From sequence record AP018399.1: DNA of 64,000 nucleotides; one strand, written 5' to 3'. A model generated the notes under the pieces. That model was not told the DNA's origin and ran no database searches. It saw nothing but the letters and a program-made list of their open reading frames with translations. The position numbers and the translations under genes were made by a program. Positions 8,869 through 17,060 of the stretch are shown here, one piece after another. The stretch's first letter is position 1; each line of letters begins with the position of its first letter.

Positions 8869-8880
8869 GTGTTCTATAAT
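8852..8880 (+). promoter_or_regulatory. sigma70-type promoter
   Basis: TTGACT-17-TATAAT. Confidence 0.75.
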
Positions 8881-8902
8881 TGTCGGAAATTAAGGACCGA
8901 CA

Positions 8903-9340
8903 ATGACGTGTGACAGAGCCTTGGCTGAAAGATTGATTGAAATCACCAGTAAGCCGCTTCAAAATTATTCCCTAAAGCATATCGTTACGGGCCGTGACCC
9001 GTATTACGGATATCCGGATGATGAGTACAGCTTGCGCACGTTCGTCTGGGACATTTCTCCCAGAAAGCGTCTGGTGCTGAACATCAAGGATGACCCAACT
9101 CTGGCACCTAACGACCAAGATGTGTATAAGCTTGGCGTTGTTTACCATTTCCGTGGAATTCCTTTCTTCCGAAGAGCATTGGCCCATCATACTTTCCCGA
9201 AGTCTGTCCTTTCGACTCTGTGCCAGTTTGCTTATGATGGTATTACCGAGTTCGCGGTAAGGGATAAAGCCCTTGCGGCACGGTACGATGCCCAGCGTGC
9301 CCAAGAAGCCTGCCAACAAGCCCTACGACGCCTAGCCTAA
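8903..9340 (+). CDS. hypothetical protein (lacks array motif)
   Basis: AAGGA RBS, 145 aa. Confidence 0.75.
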   Translation: MTCDRALAERLIEITSKPLQNYSLKHIVTGRDPYYGYPDDEYSLRTFVWDISPRKRLVLNIKDDPTLAPNDQDVYKLGVVYHFRGIPFFRRALAHHTFPKSVLSTLCQFAYDGITEFAVRDKALAARYDAQRAQEACQQALRRLA

Positions 9341-9801
9341 TGCTCCTACGTGATATTAAATTGGATACCAGTGTGCTTAGCGATAAGCTGATGGACTACC
9401 ATGTCCAGATGCAACGCGCTGCTGGTCTATTCCATCTATGCCTGAACCAACCTATCATGCGGAAAGGGGCGCACATGGTCATGTCCAAGCGTGGCCGTAC
9501 CCTGACCATTACCACCCGTCTCTATCATTTCTTTGAAGAGGGTGACCCTGACTACGATTCATGTAGTGTGGAAATGCTGGCGACGGACGGTGTTCGCTTT
9601 TTGACGTTGAATTTGCTGGGTCAAAGTTTTGAGCTTGCTGATTTCTATCGACCAAGCCACAATATCTCGGCAAAGGATTACGAATTCATCATTGCCGCTA
9701 CGGCACTACCGACGTATGTCCGTCCGTGGTGTGAACATCGTGGCGACAAGCGACACATCATGGGCGAAATCCATGATTTTCTTGAAGATTATGCACTATG
9801 A
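9340..9801 (+). CDS. array paralogue 11
   Basis: GEIHDFLEDY. Confidence 0.8.
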   Translation: MLLRDIKLDTSVLSDKLMDYHVQMQRAAGLFHLCLNQPIMRKGAHMVMSKRGRTLTITTRLYHFFEEGDPDYDSCSVEMLATDGVRFLTLNLLGQSFELADFYRPSHNISAKDYEFIIAATALPTYVRPWCEHRGDKRHIMGEIHDFLEDYAL

Positions 9802-10493
9802 CCAGTAATGTGCCATTGTGGTATGCTCCGGCTGGATTTGTTCGTGGGCAATTTGCTCCCATTATAACTAACCGTAGTTCTGGTAAGAGCATGTATACAC
9901 AAAAGCTGTTGCTTGATTATTTCAAGAATCAGGTAACCACCACTGGAACCTCCGTAGTAACCGCAACACAGTCCCCGAATATGACCAGCACTTCTAACAA
10001 CATAGTTTTTGATTTGGAAAGTAGTGCAATTTCTACATTTCTTGATAAGATTCGTGGTGCATCAGGTTTCTCTAAAATGGAAACCGACGATTCCTATTTT
10101 GAAGATTTCGAACAATACATTATGAGGGCCAAGCGCATTTTCGATTGCCGCTCCTGCCTTCGTAAGCCCACACAGGGAGAAAGCCTTCATGGTGAAGCTG
10201 GACTGGAAAGCATACGAGTTCGTAGCACCGACACCATTTTCTACTATCGTAAGGAAATTGATGACGATGATGGTTCCGAGTATTTCGACGTTGCCTTCCT
10301 CAAAATCGGAGACGTGGTATTTCCCCTACTCACGGAACAAGCCGATTATAATGAGACGGACATTTTCCGGAACCACTTCACTCCCGGATTCGAACACCTA
10401 GACAATCTTCCTTTTCATCGACTGATGGAAGAGATTATTGAGTTTTACGAAGATTACGCAACCGATTATGGCATCCAACATGGCACTACTTAA
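9798..10493 (+). CDS. array paralogue 12 with N-terminal extension
   Basis: EEIIEFYEDY; extra ~95 aa Thr/Ser-rich N-terminus. Confidence 0.75.
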   Translation: MTSNVPLWYAPAGFVRGQFAPIITNRSSGKSMYTQKLLLDYFKNQVTTTGTSVVTATQSPNMTSTSNNIVFDLESSAISTFLDKIRGASGFSKMETDDSYFEDFEQYIMRAKRIFDCRSCLRKPTQGESLHGEAGLESIRVRSTDTIFYYRKEIDDDDGSEYFDVAFLKIGDVVFPLLTEQADYNETDIFRNHFTPGFEHLDNLPFHRLMEEIIEFYEDYATDYGIQHGTT

Positions 10494-11013
10494 TGGCAGT
10501 TCAAGCTTCACCATCAAGCAATTGATGGAAATGATGAAAAGTAATACAATTACTACCCACAATTTCGCGACTCAGATTCTTGGTGTTGATAAAGCCATGA
10601 TAGACAATTCAATTAACCTCAGTGATGCCTTGAAGGAACACGTTGAATTGGAACCAGAAATGCAAGACAAGATTACCTTTGTCGAACGTGCCCTTCGCAT
10701 CTATCACAGTTCAACCGGTGGTCGCAGTCTCAATTTGGGTATCACCGAACAGATGGTGTTCCCTGATGAAAACGACGTGTACTTCTTCATGAAGGTGCAG
10801 GAGTACGCCATTCGCGAGTTGGTGTTCGTGGTTCAGGACATTTACTTTGAAATCCCGGTCAACACCCTTCCCACTGGCATGGGCATCATCACCCAATTCA
10901 AGGGTGTTCCCCTAGTGGACAAGGCCGTGGAAAACGTCAAGGGCGAGATTGCCGACTTCATTGCCGACTACCTAGACGAGTACGGAACAGAAGACGAATT
11001 CGTTCCGAGATAA
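10480..11013 (+). CDS. array paralogue 13
   Basis: GEIADFIADY; ATG 10480 preferred to 10438. Confidence 0.75.
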   Translation: MALLNGSSSFTIKQLMEMMKSNTITTHNFATQILGVDKAMIDNSINLSDALKEHVELEPEMQDKITFVERALRIYHSSTGGRSLNLGITEQMVFPDENDVYFFMKVQEYAIRELVFVVQDIYFEIPVNTLPTGMGIITQFKGVPLVDKAVENVKGEIADFIADYLDEYGTEDEFVPR

Positions 11014-11050
11014 TTTAGCTCATGCTCCTAATTCAGTCGTAAATAGGAGC

Positions 11051-11497
11051 ATGAACCTAACAAAGACCTTCAATCATAACGAGGCCGAGTACACTCACTT
11101 CCTCAATGTACTCACAGATGCCATTCGAAACTGTCCCGAGATTCGTGGCGTTTCGGTACTAACTGGCGACACCATCATGTTAACGCCATTCCATCAGCTT
11201 TCCATTGAGCAGAATGGCGTCAATAGTTGGAGGAATGGCGGAAGCATTACCTACAAAGTCATCCTGAACCGCATTGTAGACAGCGGATTCGAATATCTGG
11301 TAGTCGATGATGGGACGAACAGGAACCATCGTCCAGAGGCCGTAGAAGAGGCTCTAGACGAGTTCTACGAAGAACTAGCCTTCCATGCTCCGGAAGAGAA
11401 CACTACGGACACAATGGATATCAGCCTTACGCTAGAGAATCTATTCCAGACGTACACTACATTCATCAATTCTGGTTACTCAAGCTCCTTCGCTTGA
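11051..11497 (+). CDS. hypothetical protein (possible degenerate array member)
   Basis: AGGAG RBS; internal EALDEFYEEL. Confidence 0.7.
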   Translation: MNLTKTFNHNEAEYTHFLNVLTDAIRNCPEIRGVSVLTGDTIMLTPFHQLSIEQNGVNSWRNGGSITYKVILNRIVDSGFEYLVVDDGTNRNHRPEAVEEALDEFYEELAFHAPEENTTDTMDISLTLENLFQTYTTFINSGYSSSFA

Positions 11498-11541
11498 CCA
11501 TAGGTTCCTTGGAAGCTATAATTGGCCTCCAAGGAATCTAC

Positions 11542-12138
11542 ATGACCAACTACAACCCTCACAATCCACTTTATAATTTCTGTGAGAAGATTCAGAATCG
11601 TTTCAGAAGCATTGGCTGGACCGACGAATCATACTCCGAAATGATTGGTCGCCTGTGCTACCTGATTGACAACGGTCAATCCATTCACCGAAGCATCATC
11701 GGTGAGCCTGTAAAGCAAGAATTCCATTACTTTGAATTTCAGGGACGCAAAATCCCTGTCCCCGGCCGAGTGGATACGAGTAATCCGGTTTGGGGTGAAA
11801 TCGAATTCCTCCCCCTTCATCACAACAGCTACCTAGTCAATATCAATTTGGCTGCGGGTGATGGTTGCTGGACATTTGCAGGCCAACGATTCTACGACCG
11901 AAGCAATGAATACAGCGAGCCGTTGCTTCTCCGCACGCCATATACACAAGACCTTGGCGAAGAGATTGACATTGCGCTTAAATTCTTTGAGCCGAAGAAG
12001 ATTGAGGACCGGGAAGACCGGGACCACCATGACGAATGCATCCAGCATTTCTTTGATGCATACAAAGGCAACGAAATTAGATTTGATGTGATGAAAGAAC
12101 TTCGTCATATACAAGACCGATATGGACAACCAGCATGA
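11542..12138 (+). CDS. hypothetical protein
   Basis: AAGGA RBS before ATG 11542 (track starts at TTG 11494). Confidence 0.7.
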   Translation: MTNYNPHNPLYNFCEKIQNRFRSIGWTDESYSEMIGRLCYLIDNGQSIHRSIIGEPVKQEFHYFEFQGRKIPVPGRVDTSNPVWGEIEFLPLHHNSYLVNINLAAGDGCWTFAGQRFYDRSNEYSEPLLLRTPYTQDLGEEIDIALKFFEPKKIEDREDRDHHDECIQHFFDAYKGNEIRFDVMKELRHIQDRYGQPA

Positions 12139-12554
12139 CCGAAATTAATTACACAGAACTGAATAGCAAGATTCTAGAAATTATCAAGCGTGAGCCTGTC
12201 AATTTCGCGTGGGTCATGAGTCCTGTCCCTGAATCAATGGGGATGCATTACGAAACTGACTACGCCTACATCGAATATCCATGTGGTTGGTTCAAGAAAT
12301 TGTACCTACGTTTCTCAGTGGTCAACCCACACGCTGCTCGTGAACACTACACCTACGTTCTGACTAACGTCAAGTTGCAGTACCTATTCCGCAGCTACGA
12401 TATTCCGCTGAACAAAATTGTCCACCATGCAATTCTGACGCATCGTGTAACTGATTACGCCACAAGTGTCCTGAACAAATACAAGCAAAAGGATGAGGCC
12501 ATTTCATTGAAATTCAATCGAATGGTCAATAAGCTGATTGAAAAGATTAGTTGA
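12135..12554 (+). CDS. hypothetical protein
   Basis: ATGA overlap, 139 aa. Confidence 0.7.
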   Translation: MTEINYTELNSKILEIIKREPVNFAWVMSPVPESMGMHYETDYAYIEYPCGWFKKLYLRFSVVNPHAAREHYTYVLTNVKLQYLFRSYDIPLNKIVHHAILTHRVTDYATSVLNKYKQKDEAISLKFNRMVNKLIEKIS

Positions 12555-12555
12555 C

Positions 12556-12584
12556 TTTACAGAAGTAAGATTACCCGGTATACT
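12556..12584 (+). promoter_or_regulatory. sigma70-type promoter (leaderless)
   Basis: TTTACA-17-TATACT; ATG 6 nt downstream. Confidence 0.65.
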
Positions 12585-12590
12585 CTATCC

Positions 12591-13346
12591 ATGCAAATTG
12601 AAACCGTTAAACCATATCCGAAGTATCCGATTTCCATGTACAAGGAACATGACCATGTTGTTCATGGCGTTCCAAGTGGCTGGGAAGCCTCTACGCTTTG
12701 GATTTGGTTGAAGACGCTGGAAAGCATGGAAGGTGTCACCGTTCTGGATATCGGGGCGTACACGGGCATCTACGGCCTTCTAGCGGCCAAGTACGGCAAG
12801 GACGTAGACGTGATTGCCTTTGAGCCGCTTAAAGCCACGTATACGCGCCTACAGGCCAACATCGGCCTCAATGCACTATCAGACACCATGAAGGCGTTCC
12901 CGGTCGCCCTGAGCGATTCTAGCGGCTCTGTGGAGCTTAACGTGACTGGCGACAATCCGTTGCCGTCCGGCTCATCGGTTGACCCGCATCCATCCAAGGC
13001 TAACGTCCGCGTTGAAACCATCCAGTTGACGACCGGTAATGACTTCTTCACGTTCAAGCATACGCTCAAGAAGAAGGTGGGCTTGATTAAGATGGACGTT
13101 GAGCGACACGAACTGCACGCTCTACGTGGTCTGACTGACATTCTAGTTTCAGATAAGCCCGTTTGCATTATCGAATTGCTGACTCCCGAAGAGGCTGTCG
13201 CAGTATTCGACTTCATGCGAGAAATCGGCTACACAAAAATTTATCAAATCAATGACGCACCAGTCATTAGCGATAAACTATACAAGGAAGTGACCGATAA
13301 TTTGGTCATTACTTCCAGTAAAACCAATTTCATGTTCAAGGAATAA
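12591..13346 (+). CDS. FkbM-family SAM-dependent methyltransferase
   Basis: VLDIGAYTG, VIAFEP, IKMDVE motifs. Confidence 0.85.
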   Translation: MQIETVKPYPKYPISMYKEHDHVVHGVPSGWEASTLWIWLKTLESMEGVTVLDIGAYTGIYGLLAAKYGKDVDVIAFEPLKATYTRLQANIGLNALSDTMKAFPVALSDSSGSVELNVTGDNPLPSGSSVDPHPSKANVRVETIQLTTGNDFFTFKHTLKKKVGLIKMDVERHELHALRGLTDILVSDKPVCIIELLTPEEAVAVFDFMREIGYTKIYQINDAPVISDKLYKEVTDNLVITSSKTNFMFKE

Positions 13347-13348
13347 CA

Positions 13349-13843
13349 GTGGGAATCAGCACTAATTACTACGTCGGCTATCACGTCAGGGTAGAAAACA
13401 AGAAATTCGAAGAATCCAACTTCTATTTGCGCAAGCATTGTTCCAATGCTGGCTGCAATAACTTCGCTGGTAGCATTTCGGGTAGTTTCTGTGCAGATTG
13501 TGGCTATACTACAATGGAGTCCATGACGGAAGCCAAGAAAACTACCACCACTGGACTCCCAGAAGCATTCCGTATTCGCAATGACGAAGATGCTTTTGCT
13601 GTGTTCTATAGCGATGATAGGACTTCCATTTTCCTAATCCCGAATTATATGCACATGGCAGCAAAATACGGTGTTCTGACCGAAGAATTTGAACGTGCTG
13701 GTATCACTTCGTTGGGTATTATCGGACCTTTCGCTGAAAAATTCGATGAATTCCGCGAATCATACGCATCGTTCCTGAAAACTCTGGACGAAGCAAGCAT
13801 CACATACCATGTCGAATACGGCATTGTAAAGTATTACTACTAA
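13349..13843 (+). CDS. hypothetical protein with Cys cluster (possible Zn ribbon)
   Basis: CSNAGC...FCADCG. Confidence 0.65.
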   Translation: MGISTNYYVGYHVRVENKKFEESNFYLRKHCSNAGCNNFAGSISGSFCADCGYTTMESMTEAKKTTTTGLPEAFRIRNDEDAFAVFYSDDRTSIFLIPNYMHMAAKYGVLTEEFERAGITSLGIIGPFAEKFDEFRESYASFLKTLDEASITYHVEYGIVKYYY

Positions 13844-13851
13844 GAGGAAAC

Positions 13852-14034
13852 ATGGGTAACGCATTTCCAACGGTTCAAGAAAGAACCTTTTACTATTTCA
13901 CCAGCGGCGACAAGAAATTTGAAAGTAGCAACTACAGCACTGTAGTTCGTGAACGTCTAGCAGCTATCGACCGTGGTGAAGACGTTTCAATTATCGGGGT
14001 TGTTCTAAACCCTATCCGACTAGCGGTATCCTAA
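13852..14034 (+). CDS. hypothetical protein
   Basis: GAGG RBS, coupled to next gene. Confidence 0.65.
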   Translation: MGNAFPTVQERTFYYFTSGDKKFESSNYSTVVRERLAAIDRGEDVSIIGVVLNPIRLAVS

Positions 14035-14285
14035 TGGCTGGCTATCACCTACGCGAAATTCCGAGAGGAACCTACGGCGAACTCTCCAAGATTAAGGAAG
14101 AGATTGAGGAAATCGAAGACTCAATCGCACAGGGCTGTAAGGTGATGGAACTAGTTGAATTGTCCGACCTATATGGAGCTATCGAAGGCTACCTTGGCAA
14201 GTATCATCCGACCGTGACAATGGAAGACCTACGGGTTATGTCTTCCATTACGAAGCGTGCATTCAAGAGTGGTGCCCGAGGATGA
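14034..14285 (+). CDS. MazG/PRA-PH-like all-alpha NTP pyrophosphohydrolase
   Basis: KIKEEIEEIED...ELSDL acidic ExxE/ExxD pattern. Confidence 0.5.
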   Translation: MAGYHLREIPRGTYGELSKIKEEIEEIEDSIAQGCKVMELVELSDLYGAIEGYLGKYHPTVTMEDLRVMSSITKRAFKSGARG

Positions 14286-14872
14286 GTATGCTAATCGACT
14301 ACAACCTAATCGGCAAAGCCGTTGACTTCTACGTGGCTAAGGGCTACGAGCATATCAACGTGGATTGGATGGTGGCTCCACGCTTTTCCTTCATGACGTA
14401 TGGAAAGGAAGGGGCACAATTCCGTACCTTGAGTTCTACCGGGTATGCCCAGCATTTGGTTGGGTCTGCCGAACAGGGATTCATCCAAGCAGTAAATAAG
14501 AAGGAAGTCGAATTTGACCGCCGCTACGTCAGTGTGACCCCGTGTTTCCGTCGTGGCGATATTGGGCCAGTGAACCAAGAATGGTTTATGAAGGTCGAGC
14601 TAAGCGCTGTGTCCAAGGACAATACCGTCTGGTTTGAAGAAATGCTGGAAGACGCTTGGCAGTGCTTCGATTACCTTGGGGCACAACAGGGCAAAATGCG
14701 GCTCTGGCTAGACGATAACGGCCAAAAGGATATCATGCATGAATACATGGATGGGTATCTAGAACTTGGCTCCTACGGTTATAGAAGCCTAGACGGCTTG
14801 ACAAATGGCAATTGTTTGATACACTATGCAACGGGATTAGCACTCCCGAGATTCCAACTCATCCTTCCATGA
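14282..14872 (+). CDS. stand-alone class II aminoacyl-tRNA synthetase-like catalytic core
   Basis: motif-1-like FYVAKGYEHI, GSAEQ, motif 2 PCFR...FMKVEL, ELGSYG, motif-3-like TGLALPRF; no anticodon domain. Confidence 0.75.
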   Translation: MSMLIDYNLIGKAVDFYVAKGYEHINVDWMVAPRFSFMTYGKEGAQFRTLSSTGYAQHLVGSAEQGFIQAVNKKEVEFDRRYVSVTPCFRRGDIGPVNQEWFMKVELSAVSKDNTVWFEEMLEDAWQCFDYLGAQQGKMRLWLDDNGQKDIMHEYMDGYLELGSYGYRSLDGLTNGNCLIHYATGLALPRFQLILP

Positions 14873-15189
14873 CAATCCTGAACAACAATATGAACCACGC
14901 TTCCGCTGCTGCTCTGGTTATGAACGCCTTCAAGAAGACCGCCAAGGTCAACTTCAAGCCGTATCACTGGACGTTCACCACGAAGGATGGGACCGAAACC
15001 GTCGAGTTCATCGCCGGTAAGCTTGAGTCGCAGTACGTCTACACCCGCGTGAAGAAGTTCCTGTGCTTCAAGCTGGGCGTCGAGCGTGTGTACCTGTCCA
15101 GCAGCGATGCAGAAATGGATATGGCCCTGTGGCACCAGATGGGCGACGTGATGCACAACACCGTGGCTCGCTTCGGAGTTAACGCATGA
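14869..15189 (+). CDS. hypothetical protein
   Basis: ATGA overlap at 14869 (track starts 14812). Confidence 0.7.
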   Translation: MTILNNNMNHASAAALVMNAFKKTAKVNFKPYHWTFTTKDGTETVEFIAGKLESQYVYTRVKKFLCFKLGVERVYLSSSDAEMDMALWHQMGDVMHNTVARFGVNA

Positions 15190-15509
15190 CCCAGATTGAA
15201 AAGCTAGTCTCATTCATTGAGGACGTATTCCGTCACTCCCCATCCGACCGCTTTGAAGTTAAAGAATTGGAGACTGGTACTCCAATTCTTTTTGACAAGG
15301 TGAACCGTATCCGCGTGGTTCTTCACGTTCAGGATATCATGGTCACCAAGTACCACAGCGAATCGGGCGACCTACAGGATGAGATTGTCGTATCGTGGCA
15401 TAATCTAACTAAGTCTCAGCGTGAGCGTATCACCGACCTAGTTGACGTTCCGGATGACCTAGACCCGGAAATTGAAGAGACACTATCAGAAATGCTAAAG
15501 GGCGTCTAA
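15186..15509 (+). CDS. hypothetical protein
   Basis: ATGA overlap, ends in terminator. Confidence 0.7.
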   Translation: MTQIEKLVSFIEDVFRHSPSDRFEVKELETGTPILFDKVNRIRVVLHVQDIMVTKYHSESGDLQDEIVVSWHNLTKSQRERITDLVDVPDDLDPEIEETLSEMLKGV

Positions 15510-15525
15510 GACGCCCTTTTCTTTT
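15497..15525. terminator. intrinsic terminator between convergent genes
   Basis: AAAGGGCGTC-taa-GACGCCCTTT plus T tract. Confidence 0.8.
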
Positions 15526-15697
15526 ACCTTCGTGGATGGGTTCTCAAGGCTTCGGCCAGTCCTGCTATTGCCATGAAGAGAATCATGAAGGCGATGATAC
15601 CGACCTTCAAGTCTGTGGCTCCTGCAATCTCTCTGACTGCGAAGACACCAAGGGCTACAGCAAGTAGCCCCATGATGAATCTTCCTAGCAGATGCAT
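15524..15697 (-). CDS. 57-aa membrane protein (below ORF-track cut-off)
   Basis: TAATG-coupled to upstream gene; MHLLGRFIMGLLAVALGVFAV...VGIIAFMILFMAIAGL, two TM segments. Confidence 0.65.
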   Translation of the reverse strand: MHLLGRFIMGLLAVALGVFAVREIAGATDLKVGIIAFMILFMAIAGLAEALRTHPRR

Positions 15698-16347
15698 TAC
15701 GCAGCGTCCAGAATTGCTTCGAACGCTGCACTGTCACCTGACGCAAACGCATCGTAGATGGCTCGGTGAGTCTTCACCACGCGATGGTCTAGGCGAGGCA
15801 TCAGCAGATATAGTAGATAGTCATGACGAGTCACAATATCGGACATGGGTGTGTTGACCTTACCCTGTGTTCCGTCAATCTCTGCCAACATCGCACGAAT
15901 CATTTCATCGAAATCGTTGGTGTCCGTTTCCATTTCGAAATCCATGAGTTGGCTACGACGGGCCAGAATGGCGAACGTCGCACCGTCCACAATGGACACG
16001 TCCTTGACCGACTTCATGTAGAGAACCGCCGCGTAATCGAACGCGGTCTGGAATGCTGCGTGGTAGTCCACCACACCGTTACGCACGTCTAGGAACGTAT
16101 CGTAGACGTTGTAGTGGGCACATGCGTCTTCTAGAGATACGACGAACTTGCCCTTCTTAAAAGATTGACGAGCAGCGTTCAGAATGGATTGGATTTCTTC
16201 AACTGCCGTTGCGCGGCCATTGTCCCTGTCCGAATCCAAGAAGCGGTCAACGTGGTCGCTGACAGTGTAAGCCCCTGTCGGGAGCTTGCTGAACAGGCTG
16301 ACCAGTCGATGCTTCCTCAAGTCGGTTTGTGCAATGCGGTATGTCAT
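15697..16347 (-). CDS. hypothetical protein
   Basis: 216 aa, AAGGA RBS, TTTACA-17-TATAAT promoter with -10 at 16370-16375. Confidence 0.75.
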   Translation of the reverse strand: MTYRIAQTDLRKHRLVSLFSKLPTGAYTVSDHVDRFLDSDRDNGRATAVEEIQSILNAARQSFKKGKFVVSLEDACAHYNVYDTFLDVRNGVVDYHAAFQTAFDYAAVLYMKSVKDVSIVDGATFAILARRSQLMDFEMETDTNDFDEMIRAMLAEIDGTQGKVNTPMSDIVTRHDYLLYLLMPRLDHRVVKTHRAIYDAFASGDSAAFEAILDAA

Positions 16348-16455
16348 ATGGTTCCTTTGATTTCCTGAAATTATAACTCATCTTGAAGGGCTTGTAAAGC
16401 ACCTTGTTTATTATTTGAATTCAGGTTAATATATACAATCAACAGGAACCATACC

Positions 16456-16752
16456 ATGAGCGATAAATTGTTTAAGGACCGAATCAACCTAAAGGATTTT
16501 GACCAATATGTCAAATTCATTGAGGACACGACCAAGCCTATCGGATTCGGCGAAAAGGGCGATGAGGTATTCGAACGCACCAAGGCGTACCTATTCCTCT
16601 CATTGTACCATCTTGTGAAGGACAATGGGCCGTCATTTGACGCCGAGATTTACTTCACCAGCATCATCAGCGATTTGAACGAGACGTTTGATAACGTCGG
16701 TCCGTCGCTATTGCAGTTGCAGCGTGATAAGGAAGCCGGAAGCCATGAATAA
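16456..16752 (+). CDS. hypothetical protein
   Basis: AGGA RBS. Confidence 0.7.
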   Translation: MSDKLFKDRINLKDFDQYVKFIEDTTKPIGFGEKGDEVFERTKAYLFLSLYHLVKDNGPSFDAEIYFTSIISDLNETFDNVGPSLLQLQRDKEAGSHE

Positions 16753-17011
16753 GCTACTCTCCATTGCCCTAGTGGCACTACTGGCTGCGTGTTCGGTTCC
16801 GACCAAGCCGCAGCTACCACCGGATGCTATTACCTGCCATAACAAGCAGGACAGCAGCCTAGACTTCACCTACTTGCCACAGAATGCAAAGCAGTGGCAC
16901 AGCCTAGACTACAACGTGAATATCTACTTGATTGACACCGTTGACGGTCAGCAGATTGCAATCAACTCACTAGAGCTTGAGAACTACAACTGCGCAAAGG
17001 TTGCCCCGTAA
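16745..17011 (+). CDS. putative lipoprotein
   Basis: MNKLLSIALVALLAAC lipobox; ATG 16745. Confidence 0.75.
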   Translation: MNKLLSIALVALLAACSVPTKPQLPPDAITCHNKQDSSLDFTYLPQNAKQWHSLDYNVNIYLIDTVDGQQIAINSLELENYNCAKVAP

Positions 17012-17023
17012 GTCCCCGGTTGA

Positions 17024-17031
17024 CATAAATA
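17024..17031 (+). promoter_or_regulatory. T4-like late promoter
   Basis: CATAAATA. Confidence 0.6.
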
Positions 17032-17060
17032 GACTTACATCCACTTTTCAAAGGACACAC

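Noticed and set aside
4390-11000. Recurrent ~30-nt GAGTTCATGGAGTTC units as a CRISPR array or integron attC sites
   Set aside because: Units are in-frame coding, vary synonymously, are spaced 300-900 bp apart and are not palindromic; no cas or integrase genes.
15495-15857. Track ORFs 15495-15752 (-) and 15573-15857 (+)
   Set aside because: A better 57-aa TM ORF (15524-15697) is translationally coupled to the upstream gene; these overlap it in other frames.
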